Notes under the pieces: model-generated | Seen by the model: the letters and a program-made list of their open reading frames with translations, nothing else | Told to the model about the DNA's origin: nothing | Databases searched by the model: none | NCBI GenBank assembly: GCA_001662655.1 | Contig: KV460219.1 | Source: Pseudogymnoascus verrucosus | Taxonomy: Eukaryota | Strand: one strand, 5' to 3' | DNA length: 64,000 nt | Shown here: piece by piece, positions 63,090-64,000 of the stretch | Numbering within the stretch: position 1 is the first letter of the stretch | Layout: the number at the start of each line of letters is the position of its first letter | Made by a program: the position numbers and the translations under genes

Positions 63090-64000
63090 TCAAACACCCT
63101 GCGCCCTCTCTGTATGCACCGCAGTTCCCCGACTCGCCTCCTCTTGCTGCATCTTCTCGGTCTCGACCGTCTGTTGCATCTCGGCCTCCTGTTGCCCCTT
63201 GGTACCAATCTGGTACCACTTGAGGGTGAAGAGACGATCCATGCTCTCGAGACTGCGTCCTGCCGTCTCCGGAATGAAGAACCACGCCCACAATCCACCA
63301 ATGGCCGTGATGACAGTGAAGAACCAGAAGGTTCCTGCCGGTCCCATGCCGCCCAAACTGGGCTTCAACAGCATGTTGGGGACGGCACGGCTGTTCCCGT
63401 ACTGGTTGACGAAGTGGAAGCACATGACCAGACTGGAGCTGATGGCACGGATGCGTAGAGGGTACATCTCCGCGTTGAGAAGGTATTGCATGGTGTTCCA
63501 TCCCATCGCCCAGCCAAAGCCAGAAACGTAAATCATCACAATAGCGCCGACACTGGCATGCTTCTCCGAGTTGGAGTAATCTGTGGAATCCTTTTCCCCC
63601 GCGACAGTAAGGAAGATAGCCACGTACATCATTGACATGGCCTGGAGAAAGATTCCAATGGCAAGCGAGCGCTTGCGGCCAATAACATCAACGAGGAAAA
63701 ACGCGCACATCAGCGCCGCCACCAATTTGACGACACCGAAGATCGCAGTTGCGAATAGCTTCTCGTTCTGGCCTGTCGTTCCTAATAAAGCGAAAAAATC
63801 AGGTGCATAGATTGTGATTGACTGAGCACCTGACCACTGAGAGAGGAGCTGTGAAAGGAGGCCGATGTGGATTCGATAGAGGTTGCTGGGCATCAAGAAC
63901 ATCTCCTTGATGAGGCCCTTCCATCCTAGGCCTAGGGTAGCTTCCTTTTCTTCGTTTAGCTGAGCCTGAATCTCAGCGATCTCAGAAACGACGACTGGGT
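63090..64000 (-). CDS. MFS sugar-porter family transporter (quinate permease-like), 5'-partial
   Basis: QLLSQWSGAQSITIYAP, VDVIGRKRSL, AEMYPLRIR, IPETAGRSLESMD; frame stays open to the window end. Confidence 0.92.
   Translation of the reverse strand, partial: PVVVSEIAEIQAQLNEEKEATLGLGWKGLIKEMFLMPSNLYRIHIGLLSQLLSQWSGAQSITIYAPDFFALLGTTGQNEKLFATAIFGVVKLVAALMCAFFLVDVIGRKRSLAIGIFLQAMSMMYVAIFLTVAGEKDSTDYSNSEKHASVGAIVMIYVSGFGWAMGWNTMQYLLNAEMYPLRIRAISSSLVMCFHFVNQYGNSRAVPNMLLKPSLGGMGPAGTFWFFTVITAIGGLWAWFFIPETAGRSLESMDRLFTLKWYQIGTKGQQEAEMQQTVETEKMQQEEASRGTAVHTERAQGV

Overview
Gene-dense, intron-containing eukaryotic DNA from a filamentous ascomycete (GT..CTRAC..YAG introns of about 50 nt; a Leotiomycete origin is only my impression). 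I support about 25 protein-coding loci. Housekeeping genes: IQGAP (partial), Vps70-like M28 peptidase, Vta1, Mpd1-like PDI, Rrp41, BI-1/GHITM, Cft1, LMBR1, Slx4, Rps21. Metabolic or accessory genes: three MFS transporters, a PTH11-like protein, GH6, GH114, an alpha/beta-hydrolase, a ketopantoate reductase, a Zn2Cys6 factor, an AKR and a secreted intradiol dioxygenase. There is one tRNA-Lys(CTT). An accessory block at about 3.3-10.9 kb holds a full-length hAT transposon (TIRs plus 8-bp TSD) inactivated by RIP-type nonsense changes, an orphan with a duplicated exon+intron unit, a BTB gene with a broken C-terminal repeat, and a non-tRNA Pol III-like promoter (TATA, A box, B box) pointing at a perfect 26-bp palindrome. 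Best leads for something undescribed: (i) that Pol III-like/hairpin locus, (ii) the 2x cNMP-binding + F-box + LRR protein behind an ATG-free leader of about 860 nt, (iii) a compact hydrolase-ketopantoate reductase-C6 TF-AKR cluster, (iv) an unusually long structured intron in CFT1. All family calls come from motif recognition by eye; no database searches were run. Gene coordinates span introns.
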